From: a virus
Direction: 5' to 3' (one strand)
DNA length: 64,000 nt
IMG/VR virus record: IMGVR_UViG_3300028584_000072
Location: 1 to 64,000 of that record
The position numbers and the translations under genes are program-made. This document shows, in pieces, positions 36,930 to 45,534 of the stretch. How positions within the stretch are numbered: the stretch's first letter is position 1; every line of letters starts with the position of its first letter. The notes under the pieces were generated by a model. The model did no database searches. It had not been told where the DNA came from and saw nothing but the letters and a program-made list of their open reading frames with translations.

Positions 36930-37503
36930 TGTTAACTCCTGTTGGATAAGTTATTGTACTAGAGGATGGAATATTATTTGCAGATAACGATAGTTCTATT
37001 GTTTCAATATAACCTACATCGGTACTGTCTGTTTCTACAACTACCACTTCAAAGATACAACTAACAGAACTGCGTTCTTCTAATTGGTTTTTATCTATTG
37101 GAAAGTGTCTTTGTGTTACGCTACTACTTCTGAGGTATGAGATATTGTTATCAGCAAATGAATCAAAGTATGTTCCTGCTGATGCCTCAAAAGCGTTAAT
37201 GATTCTGTTTAAAGCAACTGAGGTTGTACCCACAGTAGATGTTGCTGATGGTGGGCGATGTATTGATATGTCTACAATGACTTCATATTTAACTACATAA
37301 GTGTTAGTATCTACTTTGTCGTATTTACCAATCTTATTCCAATCTTTAATCCACAACTGAATATATGGTTCATTTAATTTCTGATTACTAGCACCACGTA
37401 TTGTGTACTGTAAGTTAGGAACTAATGTTTTATCACATAATACTTTAATTCGTGATTTTAATTGGTCATAGATTTCTTGATGATTGTATACAACTGCTGT
37501 CAT
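36922..37503 (-). CDS. tail completion/terminator-like protein
   Basis: Called from its position between the head-tail joining genes and the sheath. Confidence 0.4.
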   Translation of the reverse strand: MTAVVYNHQEIYDQLKSRIKVLCDKTLVPNLQYTIRGASNQKLNEPYIQLWIKDWNKIGKYDKVDTNTYVVKYEVIVDISIHRPPSATSTVGTTSVALNRIINAFEASAGTYFDSFADNNISYLRSSSVTQRHFPIDKNQLEERSSVSCIFEVVVVETDSTDVGYIETIELSLSANNIPSSSTITYPTGVNNG

Positions 37504-37871
37504 ATTAAACCCTCATCTTTCTCTATAACCACTACTTCGTAATGTTTTAATAATGTTTGCCAGCGTTTTACTTTAACAACTTTAAACCATTTACCTTCAA
37601 TCATTACTTCGTCAGGTTTACGGTTAGTACCTTCTTGACCTACTTTTAATTCAGTCTCAGTAAACACTGTAAATACATCTTTGTCTGTATAACCTAATAC
37701 ATCAGGAGTGAACATATCACCCTCATAGGGTTGTACAGTACAGTATAGAGCTTGAAAGTTTGTTTCTGTTATACTAGTTACTTCGTTGAACTCATTTCTA
37801 ACTTCTACATTACGTTTTGCTGGTAATGTTTTTCGAGGTATACCGCCTCTACGTTTAAAGGAGGATGACAT
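37500..37871 (-). CDS. head-tail joining (head closure) protein
   Basis: Called from position and size (123 aa). Confidence 0.4.
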   Translation of the reverse strand: MSSSFKRRGGIPRKTLPAKRNVEVRNEFNEVTSITETNFQALYCTVQPYEGDMFTPDVLGYTDKDVFTVFTETELKVGQEGTNRKPDEVMIEGKWFKVVKVKRWQTLLKHYEVVVIEKDEGLI

Positions 37872-38355
37872 TAGATTTTACCACCTTAGATTTAACACTT
37901 TCATATAATTCTTGTGAAGCAACCAAAGGTGCAGATTGTTGATACTTCTCAAACTTAATCTGCTTCCACCATTCAACGTTGTCTACCCATTCACCAGTGT
38001 CTATAGATGCTTGTACGTATGTTTCACCGACTCTACCAAACTGCTTCAATAAGGTTTTGATAGTACCTACACCACACAAGTATTGCCATATTTCAACACC
38101 ATGTTTCTTGCTTATTTGAAAGTGTCTGTCAACCATATCACCAGCTAAATCCATGAACGGACGAGCAGGAATATTCTTGTTACCATAATTCAATGTAGCA
38201 GCTAACCAAGCAATATCTAATCCTGAATCTTGGTGTGTGTCACCTTCAAAGTACCCGTATTGAACTTCGTGAGTATTTAAATCTCTCAGTCTGTTCAAGA
38301 ACTTCGTCATTTCTTTTGTGTCAATAGTGGAGGTAGATGATATTTTAAATGTCAT
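37855..38355 (-). CDS. HK97 gp10-family head-tail protein
   Basis: NKNIPARPFMDLAGD motif. Confidence 0.5.
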   Translation of the reverse strand: MTFKISSTSTIDTKEMTKFLNRLRDLNTHEVQYGYFEGDTHQDSGLDIAWLAATLNYGNKNIPARPFMDLAGDMVDRHFQISKKHGVEIWQYLCGVGTIKTLLKQFGRVGETYVQASIDTGEWVDNVEWWKQIKFEKYQQSAPLVASQELYESVKSKVVKSNVILL

Positions 38356-38358
38356 ACA

Positions 38359-38829
38359 TCACCCGTTGTTTGGTAAACCACCAATATCTTCCATGTAAAT
38401 TTCGTATACTGATTTATAACCAAGAGACTCGCTGTGCCAATGAGCTAAGTCGTACATACTGAAAGCATCTTCACTTTGACGGATAGCATCTTTCTGTGAG
38501 CGAGACACACCGCCTATGATAATAGGCATAAACGCTTTGTTAGAAGGAGTAATACTAGCAGACCCAGATTTGAAGTCTTTCAGACGTTCACTATAACGCT
38601 CGTAGAGCTTCGTATAATAGATTTCTACCTGACCCTCACGCTCTCTATCAGCTAATGTACTAAAACGTGTTAGCATTGCTTCCATGAGCGCTACAGAGGC
38701 ATTGTATACATTGTTATTGAAAGCAACTAACGCACTGTTAATTGAATTGTCAGAAACAAACTCTGTACTAGGATCACCAATATTCAATCTTACTTGGTCG
38801 TGGGGATTTTGAAAATCAACGTCAATCAT
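38359..38829 (-). CDS. head-tail connector protein
   Basis: First gene after the capsid-gene terminator. 156 aa. Confidence 0.4.
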   Translation of the reverse strand: MIDVDFQNPHDQVRLNIGDPSTEFVSDNSINSALVAFNNNVYNASVALMEAMLTRFSTLADREREGQVEIYYTKLYERYSERLKDFKSGSASITPSNKAFMPIIIGGVSRSQKDAIRQSEDAFSMYDLAHWHSESLGYKSVYEIYMEDIGGLPNNG

Positions 38830-38848
38830 TTATAGCTTTCCCCTAATC

Positions 38849-38873
38849 GAAAAAGGGGAGACTAGCTCCCCTT
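38849..38873 (-). terminator. rho-independent terminator after major capsid gene
   Basis: - strand AAGGGGAG-CUAGU-CUCCCCUU followed by UUUUU. Confidence 0.6.
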
Positions 38874-38885
38874 AAAATAAAGCAA

Positions 38886-39965
38886 TTACGCTTTGGCTAA
38901 CTTTTGAATCAACAGTGGGTTGAATGGAACCATCAAGCGGTTAGATTCAGAGAACAACTGAGTACCTTTAAACTCGTCACTCACTTCCCACATATACTCT
39001 GGAGAAGCTACAGTGTTGATGTATGACTTAGTTTGTGCTGGAGCGAATACTTCAGTGAACAAATCTACACCTAACGGGATCATGTACGCTTCGTTATCTG
39101 GAATCAGAGCAGCGCCACCGATTTGACCAGCGTATTCAACGTAAACTACGTTGTCAGCGAAGCGAACCATTTGATACTGTTCTTTGAAGTTCTCAAAGCG
39201 TTTGATCAGTGGGTCTTGACCATCTAAACCAGCACGATCAACCATTGCTTGAATCCACAGTGGGTGAGTGGTTAGGTCAGCCCAGAAGTTCTTACCACAC
39301 AGAACTACGAAACCAGAAACACGTTGACCTTCGTACAGGTTGTCTAAGATACGACGACGAGCTACTTCACCATATACTTTTGGATGAGTAGTGGTGTTAG
39401 ACAGTGTGTACGTAACTACAGGACGAGCGCCACCAGTGTATTCTTGGTAGAAGTCAACTGAAGGTACAGTAGCGTTAGGAACGTATGAAGTACCGTTAAC
39501 GATAGAGTGAGCTAATGCCACTTCACGTAACATATCCCAACCACGCATCAGAGATGCTTTATCTTCAGCAACTACTTCAGCTTCAGCAGCTAATTGGTCA
39601 ACACTACCAGCTTTACGACGACGTAATACGTCTTCTGGGCGAATGTGCGCTTGTAAGCCGAATGAAGGGATTTTGTGGAAGTGAGTATCAGTCACAGGGC
39701 GAGCATCAATCACTTCACCACGTTCACCATATGCTTTGTCAGAAGGCATAGCATTTTTGTAATGTGTGAAGTCATGTTCAAAGACGTTGGTTTGTAAGAA
39801 CACTTGGTTCGGGTTAATCATCGAACTAATCAGATCAGGCACATTAGGACGTTCTGCGATTTCAGCAGTTACATCATGCAGACCGTTTAAGTTACCTAAG
39901 TCACGAACCAGTGCTTTAGTCAATTCTAAGGTTTGACCGCGACCTACGTTAAATTTTACAGACAT
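38886..39965 (-). CDS. major capsid protein (lambda gpE-like)
   Basis: 359 aa, preceded by decoration-like and scaffold genes and followed by a terminator. Overall resemblance to the Phage_cap_E family. Confidence 0.75.
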   Translation of the reverse strand: MSVKFNVGRGQTLELTKALVRDLGNLNGLHDVTAEIAERPNVPDLISSMINPNQVFLQTNVFEHDFTHYKNAMPSDKAYGERGEVIDARPVTDTHFHKIPSFGLQAHIRPEDVLRRRKAGSVDQLAAEAEVVAEDKASLMRGWDMLREVALAHSIVNGTSYVPNATVPSVDFYQEYTGGARPVVTYTLSNTTTHPKVYGEVARRRILDNLYEGQRVSGFVVLCGKNFWADLTTHPLWIQAMVDRAGLDGQDPLIKRFENFKEQYQMVRFADNVVYVEYAGQIGGAALIPDNEAYMIPLGVDLFTEVFAPAQTKSYINTVASPEYMWEVSDEFKGTQLFSESNRLMVPFNPLLIQKLAKA

Positions 39966-40015
39966 TGAAATTTCCTTTAATTATTCTTGTCAAGATATGC
40001 AGTAAACGGCTACTA

Positions 40016-40519
40016 TTAGTAACCGTATAAGCTAGATGTTTTCTGTGCAGCAACGGCTTTGATGTCAACGCCTTTAGCTTCCAGTTGACGTTTGATTAAA
40101 CCTTTACGAGCAGCAACTACGCCAGCATCAAAGATTAAACCGCCATCAGCGTGAGTGTCTTTAACACCTACTGGACCACGGAACAGAACGAATGCTTTAA
40201 CAGCAGTAGTACCAACAGTAGCAGTGTATTCACCACCAATAGAACCGTTGAAACCAACAACGATACCGATAGCACCGCCATCTGGTAAAGATGGAATACC
40301 AGCAGGAGCAGTCAATACTGTATCAGAAGTGAAGTCAGTGTTTTTCAGAATACGATATGCGTCAGTGCCGTTATAAACAACAACTTGGCCTAATTTTAAA
40401 GTGGTGTCAGAAGCTTCTTTTAAAGCAACTTCAGCATAGTTAAAATCTGGAACCAAAGAAGTTGAATCAGACATCAACACAGTAGATAAAAATGGTAGAG
40501 TAGTAGCAATTTTAGCCAT
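40016..40519 (-). CDS. head decoration-like protein
   Basis: 167 aa, Gly/Ala/Val-rich, immediately upstream of the capsid gene. Confidence 0.45.
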   Translation of the reverse strand: MAKIATTLPFLSTVLMSDSTSLVPDFNYAEVALKEASDTTLKLGQVVVYNGTDAYRILKNTDFTSDTVLTAPAGIPSLPDGGAIGIVVGFNGSIGGEYTATVGTTAVKAFVLFRGPVGVKDTHADGGLIFDAGVVAARKGLIKRQLEAKGVDIKAVAAQKTSSLYGY

Positions 40520-40534
40520 TATAGTTTTTCCTTA

Positions 40535-41476
40535 TTATTTGATATGTTTGAAGATTGCAGCGCGAGACTTAGCTAACTCTACGGCTTCTGAATCTTTAAC
40601 TTCATTGTGACCTTTTTCAACGGTCAATTCTTGTTCGACGACTGTTGCGTTAGCAGATTGTGCTTGCTTCGCAGATTTCAGTACATCTAATTGCACAGCA
40701 ACGACATCAGCGTTAACTTTGCTCATTTCATACATAGCTTTAGCTACGTTCTCAAATTTATCGTCAGCTACTAAACCTTTAAGTTGAGCAGCAAATTCGT
40801 CAAACTGTGCTTTCTCCTCAGCAGCTTTAACAACAGCCAGTTGAGATTCCAACTCTGTTACTTTCGCTTCCAAAGATTTAACCAGATCGACTTGAGTTGC
40901 TAGTTCAGCTTCTTTTGCAGATAATGCCGATTTAGCAAGTTCTAGTTCTTCCATTTGTTTTTCCTTTGTTGTAAAATGCTCAGTAAGAGCGGTTTCAATT
41001 GATTGCTGTAATGCAACAATCTCGTTAAATGTAGACTTAGTAATATTCTCAACTTTGCCTTCATTCATTGATTTCATAATAGTGAATTGAGATAAACGAG
41101 ATTCTAACCATTTAGTATGTTCAGCTTCCCAATCATAATTATCTTCACTATCTTTACGTTCTTTATTTGCTTTAACGTAAGCTTCGTGTTCTGTTTCAAA
41201 ACCTAATAACTTAGTTAGAATTTCAGCATCATCACTCCACATATCAAAAAACTTACGTAGAAATTCTTCCATTGAAAGTTTTAATGTGATTTGTTCTAAT
41301 GCTTTTTTAATTTCGATTGTTTCTTCGACTGGGTTCGCCTGTTTTAAAATAAGAACTTTATTTTGATTTGCAGCAGATCCAACTTCAGGCCCAACTAATG
41401 ACACGTTATGTGTGTCTTTATGAAACTTTAAGTTTCGTAGCAACTTAGTTGCTTTCTGTGTAATTTTATTCGACAT
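40535..41476 (-). CDS. scaffolding protein
   Basis: Long acidic coiled coil (..EELELAKSALSAKEAELATQVDLVKSLEAKVTELESQLAVVKAAEEKA..) between the protease and capsid genes. Confidence 0.6.
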   Translation of the reverse strand: MSNKITQKATKLLRNLKFHKDTHNVSLVGPEVGSAANQNKVLILKQANPVEETIEIKKALEQITLKLSMEEFLRKFFDMWSDDAEILTKLLGFETEHEAYVKANKERKDSEDNYDWEAEHTKWLESRLSQFTIMKSMNEGKVENITKSTFNEIVALQQSIETALTEHFTTKEKQMEELELAKSALSAKEAELATQVDLVKSLEAKVTELESQLAVVKAAEEKAQFDEFAAQLKGLVADDKFENVAKAMYEMSKVNADVVAVQLDVLKSAKQAQSANATVVEQELTVEKGHNEVKDSEAVELAKSRAAIFKHIK

Positions 41477-41951
41477 CTAATAAGTACTCCACCCCTGAGC
41501 ATTCAATACTAATACCATCGTAAGTGCCATCCACGACTTTATTCCATTCATCATCATTCGGGAAATGTAACCACATCAACCAAGTACCTTTCTGAATGTA
41601 TTCACCATCTTCTGTAGTAAAGTCGCAAGGAGCAATATAGGATTCAACTACATTAACATCGTTTTCAGTCAGTAATGACTTGTGCATTGTACCTACTTGA
41701 CCACAATGGACGTTGTAATCATGGCAGGCTTTTGCGATAGTCTCGACATCATACCAATGTCCATGTAAGTCAGTGGTTTCTCCTGTCATTGGCTGCGGCT
41801 CTAAAGCCACAAATAATGCGAGTTTTTGCATCTCATTGACAGATTTGACTACTTGTACAACTTCAGGGGTATCTGGGGTAGGGTTTGAATTATCACCTAC
41901 TAAACTATCTAAGAAGTCAAGTAGTTTCTCAAACATTTGTTCTTTATTCAT
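41466..41951 (-). CDS. XkdF-like prohead serine protease (putative)
   Basis: DLHGHWYD..IAKACHDY...VVESYIAPCDF...KGTWLMWL..DDEWNKVVDGTYDGISIE follows the XkdF/S78_2 pattern. Confidence 0.55.
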   Translation of the reverse strand: MNKEQMFEKLLDFLDSLVGDNSNPTPDTPEVVQVVKSVNEMQKLALFVALEPQPMTGETTDLHGHWYDVETIAKACHDYNVHCGQVGTMHKSLLTENDVNVVESYIAPCDFTTEDGEYIQKGTWLMWLHFPNDDEWNKVVDGTYDGISIECSGVEYLLDVE

Positions 41952-41963
41952 TGTTATGCCTTG

Positions 41964-43487
41964 TTACGCAGCGTTGTCGCTATTGGTTGCACTATTATTT
42001 CCCAGTGAACTTCCAGTTCCACTGTTTAATCCCTCGCTCATGCCGTCTCCGGCTCTTGAGGTATGTGCTGTTAGCATTTGCAACAACTCATCTTCTGATA
42101 GGTCTTCTAATGATTCAGTGTTCAAGCCACATTTACCCCAGAAGTCAATTAGGAATTGTTTCTGCAATGGCATTAATCCCACCGCACCCAACCGCTGCCC
42201 TAGCTTACCAAACTCGTCAGGATTAACTTCATCCAATGCTGCAAGGACTAGAGTAGGAATATCATCTTCTTCAAGGTAAACTCTGTTGATTTCCATAATC
42301 TGTTTAACTAAATCATTCTGAATAACTGATTGGATAAACAGCATGTGTTTTTCCATAAAGAAAGCATGTAGGCTTGTCTTAGCATCAGCTAAAGAATAAC
42401 TACCAGAAGCATCATTACCTAAGTTAATAAAACCAGCACCGAATACATCTAGGATTGCTTTCTTTCTCTCAGAAATAATGTTCTCTGTAGAAACAGCATT
42501 AGTTGCAGTACCGCTTACACCTTTAAGCTCAAAGTCATAAACATACTTACCGCTACCTGTACCTGTTGTGTCAGAAGTGTCTGAACCAAGCATGATGAAT
42601 GTTTGGTCGCCATTGTGCATTAATGCTGCTTGATTTTGCAGAGCCATTAATGTAGCATATTCATTCGACGTAGGGTCTTCAGCAGCTTTATTGATATGTT
42701 CAGTAGGTACACGAAGTACCACCAACCCATTGAGTCCTTTAGAAGCGCCAGTAACTTCCATGGCCTCTATTAACACTTTCTCTTTCCATGCTTTATAACA
42801 AGCATTCAGTGGAGAAACACCAATAGGTGAACTATTTTTACTGTCCCACGAAAACAACATGAACTTATTACGCTTCATATAATCTTCAGGATTCATTGAT
42901 ACAGGTTTAACACTGGTGTACCCTATATTCAATGCTTGTGCTTGGTATTGACGTAAACCAATTACTGTTCTACTATCTACATCAAACTTCCATTGCTCAA
43001 CAGAATGTTGTGAACGAGGAGCAAGCTTCTTTAATTTCCAAGGATATTTAGAATACTTCTTAGAGAAGTTTGGTTCATAGACTTTCTCAAGCCAAGAGAA
43101 ACCATATTGAAGATAACTTAGAATATTAATGCAACTATCATACCACGTTACATCTTTAAGATTCTTTAAGTTCCAGTTAAGGTATTCACAGAATTCTTTA
43201 GCTTGTGGATTTTTAGAGTTTGTAGTAAACTTAGCTTTTGCTAGAGCTTTAGTTAGGAATGCTTCAGCAGTACCTAACGCTGCACCAACAGTTGCGTCTT
43301 GTCGCATTTTCTCGTATGTTACGAGATTGTAGGGAGGGGTTAACTCTCTACGCATTTCATTCTGAATCCAAGATCCTACAGCACGAAGGTTTGGCGTACC
43401 AACTTCACCAGTGCGAATGCGTTTTGCTTCAACTGATGCGGATGCTTCTGCTTTAGTGATCTCGATTTGATCCGTATTATCGGACAT
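41964..43487 (-). CDS. portal protein
   Basis: 507 aa, directly downstream of terL. YEKMRQDATVGAAL motif as in DUF935/Mu gp29-like portals. Confidence 0.7.
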   Translation of the reverse strand: MSDNTDQIEITKAEASASVEAKRIRTGEVGTPNLRAVGSWIQNEMRRELTPPYNLVTYEKMRQDATVGAALGTAEAFLTKALAKAKFTTNSKNPQAKEFCEYLNWNLKNLKDVTWYDSCINILSYLQYGFSWLEKVYEPNFSKKYSKYPWKLKKLAPRSQHSVEQWKFDVDSRTVIGLRQYQAQALNIGYTSVKPVSMNPEDYMKRNKFMLFSWDSKNSSPIGVSPLNACYKAWKEKVLIEAMEVTGASKGLNGLVVLRVPTEHINKAAEDPTSNEYATLMALQNQAALMHNGDQTFIMLGSDTSDTTGTGSGKYVYDFELKGVSGTATNAVSTENIISERKKAILDVFGAGFINLGNDASGSYSLADAKTSLHAFFMEKHMLFIQSVIQNDLVKQIMEINRVYLEEDDIPTLVLAALDEVNPDEFGKLGQRLGAVGLMPLQKQFLIDFWGKCGLNTESLEDLSEDELLQMLTAHTSRAGDGMSEGLNSGTGSSLGNNSATNSDNAA

Positions 43488-43505
43488 TTCTTTCTCCGAT
43501 TAAAT

Positions 43506-44566
43506 TTACATATCAGCTAAAGCTATAGCTTTAACACTTATAGGAGGCGCAGAGAATGCGCCGAGTTTTGGGACTGTGTATATCTTAGCTGTGTTAAGGT
43601 AGTTGAATGCCGTGCCAACCGCATCGACGAAATCATCGTGTCTAGTACGTGTTGATTTGGTAACACCATCGAAGTTTTCACATTCTCTGTAGAAGTAATC
43701 TAGTGTCTTTCTATCCCAACCAGACTCAACTATAAATACCAAACCATTCTGTACTGCTGTAAAGAAAGGTTCTGATTTCTTAATCTTACTGGCTGTAGAA
43801 CTAGAAGTATCTTTCTTAGGGATTAAACCTTCGGACATGATATACTTTGAGAGGTATTCAAATGCTGCTGCACCCCCCGCACCGTTATCTTTAGGGATTA
43901 CAATGTGAACGTCACTACCATCACGTTTACCTTGAGCGACTATTGTAGCATCTCTGTCACCAGTACGCTTACGGTAATATTCACCATTAAGTAAGTAGTA
44001 ATACCCGTCTTTAGATTTGGCAACCAGAACACTTGCGGTGGCGTCACAGCCTACCGTAGCCGGAGTATCGTCAGCAGTTGATGCTAAGTCATACCCGCGA
44101 GCTAACATGCAGCCCATAGGCATCTGGGATGCTTTCTTTAGGTCTTCTCGTTTGAAGAAAATTCCAGTATCATCGGTAGAAGCCCAACAGCCCATGAGAA
44201 GCTGTTTACGTTTACCTTCTGGCATACTGTCTAGTTTCTTGCGATACGAACTATCGAGCGTATCTAGAGCCTCGTTGTCGTCCAATGTTGCAGGTATATA
44301 AGTGTAAGTCTCAGGGTCTTTACCCCAAGTATCTCTTAACTCTTGTTCATCCCAAGACGTGTACAAGACACCTTCAACGACAACGAAGTATCTAGTTTTA
44401 CCAGATAACTCTTTACGAGGAAAATCTTCATCATCTAAGTAGGGTTTAACCCATTCATAAATAAAACTGTTTGGTGAAGGGTTAAGAGTGCATCGAATTG
44501 ATTTGGGAATACCAGACATTGAACGGTTACGAGAACGTATTACGTCAAATTGGTATTGACTTCTAA
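43506..44566 (-). CDS. terL: terminase large subunit, exon 3 (nuclease domain)
   Basis: It begins (F)RSQYQFDVIRSRNRS...IRCTLNPSPNSFIYEWV. The C-terminal RNaseH-like nuclease region has GYDLAST and HDDFVDA. Confidence 0.75.
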
Positions 44567-44854
44567 CATTGTATTTACTACCACTCGCTACTGTGATAGC
44601 CATATGGCTTTAACTTTCGCTAAAGATTAGGTCATATCTTCACTTCTAAGAAGTGCCTTCCGTTTCGCTGCGCTTGCAGCTACGAGCATTGCTCTGACCG
44701 TCGAACGTTCTCCTATTCGGAGCTTCGCTGCTGATTGCCTAATACACTTAATTTTCAAACATTCACGCTCAGGTTTATTTCATCCTCACGTTGTAGTTTA
44801 AGTGTCTTAAAGGGTTTCCAGCAATTAAAAAGGTTTACCCTCAGCATAGAGTCT
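44567..44854 (-). mobile_element. ORF-less group I intron 2 in terL (288 nt)
   Basis: P1 pairs exon CUCAGU with intron GCUGAG (U:G). P10 pairs UCUA with exon-3 UAGA. The terminal base is G (44567). It has a P8-like hairpin plus GAAGAUAUGACC (44630-44641). Its core is homologous to intron 1. Confidence 0.65.
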
Positions 44855-45170
44855 ACTGAGCTTCTTCAAAAAACGCACAGTTAATTTCTGTACCGTACCA
44901 AGCATCTGCATCTTTATCTGTGCTAAGATATGAAAACGTAGTCCTTGCACCAGATGGAAATGTGATTGTTTTTTGTTGTTCGTTTACCTTAGCTTGACCT
45001 AAGAATCTACCTGTAGTATCTACGAGGTAAGGCATGTACATACGTTTTGCATCAACCCAAAGACCTTTATCAATCTCTGTAGATGTGGTACGATAGAACA
45101 CGCTAAAGTAAAGAGGATCATGAATACCTAGGAGATTTACGCAGAGCGCACCATAGGTCTTACCACCACC
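44855..45170 (-). CDS. terL: terminase large subunit, exon 2 (Walker A lysine to Walker B)
   Basis: GGGKTYGALCVNLL...ITFPSGARTTFSYL...INCAFFEEAQ. An in-frame TAG immediately precedes GGT at 45170. Confidence 0.75.
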
Positions 45171-45411
45171 CTATTAATTTTACAGTCGCTACACTGTTTC
45201 CACCATTTCTGGCGTAATTGGATCATATCTTCCATCATAAGATGGCTTCCTGTTTGGAGTAACCAATAGCTTGTTACCCTACGTCCGTACACTCATCGGG
45301 ACTGATCTCTACACGTTCTCTATCAAGAGCTTCGCTCGGTATTGCCTTCAACTAAATGGTAAGGTTTCACCGAATTAAGGAAGTTGATTAAGGTGGAACC
45401 AGTTATGGTTT
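45171..45411 (-). mobile_element. ORF-less group I intron 1 in terL (241 nt)
   Basis: P1 pairs exon GGUGGAGCU with intron GGUUCCACC (9 bp, U:G at the splice site). The terminal base is G (45171). It has a P8-like hairpin plus GGAAGAUAUGAUC (45221-45233). Confidence 0.65.
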
Positions 45412-45534
45412 AGCTCCACCGCCAAAGAACACAATACTTTCTTTGGCATTAGCAAACTCTAGCTGCTTAGGTTGTAATTTGATTTCAGGTATATTTCGGA
45501 TAGGGGTCTTTCTGATATTATGTTGTTTTGTCAT
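45412..45534 (-). CDS. terL: terminase large subunit, exon 1
   Basis: The RBS GAAGGA and the ATG 45534 both lie inside the 3' end of the HNH ORF. Sequence is MTKQHNIRKTPIRNIPEIKLQPKQLEFANAKESIVFFGGGA. Joined to exon 2 it gives the Walker A sequence FFGGGAGGGKT. Confidence 0.7.

Noticed and set aside
44603-45101. I considered treating ORF-track entries 43506..44603 (ATG at 44603) and 44853..45101 as independent genes.
   Set aside because: 44853..45101 carries only the Walker A-to-Walker B part of a terminase ATPase, and its frame stays open upstream to GGGKT. 43506..44603 carries only the post-Walker-B and nuclease part. The gaps have stops in the terL frame and no ORF of 60 aa or more, plus group I hallmarks. 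These entries are best read as exons. The ATG at 44603 is most likely intronic.
44567-45411. I considered inteins, or a split terminase encoded by separate genes, as the explanation for the interrupted terL.
   Set aside because: The inserts contain stop codons in the terL reading frame and encode no Hint/intein blocks. The pieces lack their own RBS/start at the right places. RNA-level P1/P10 pairings fit precisely.
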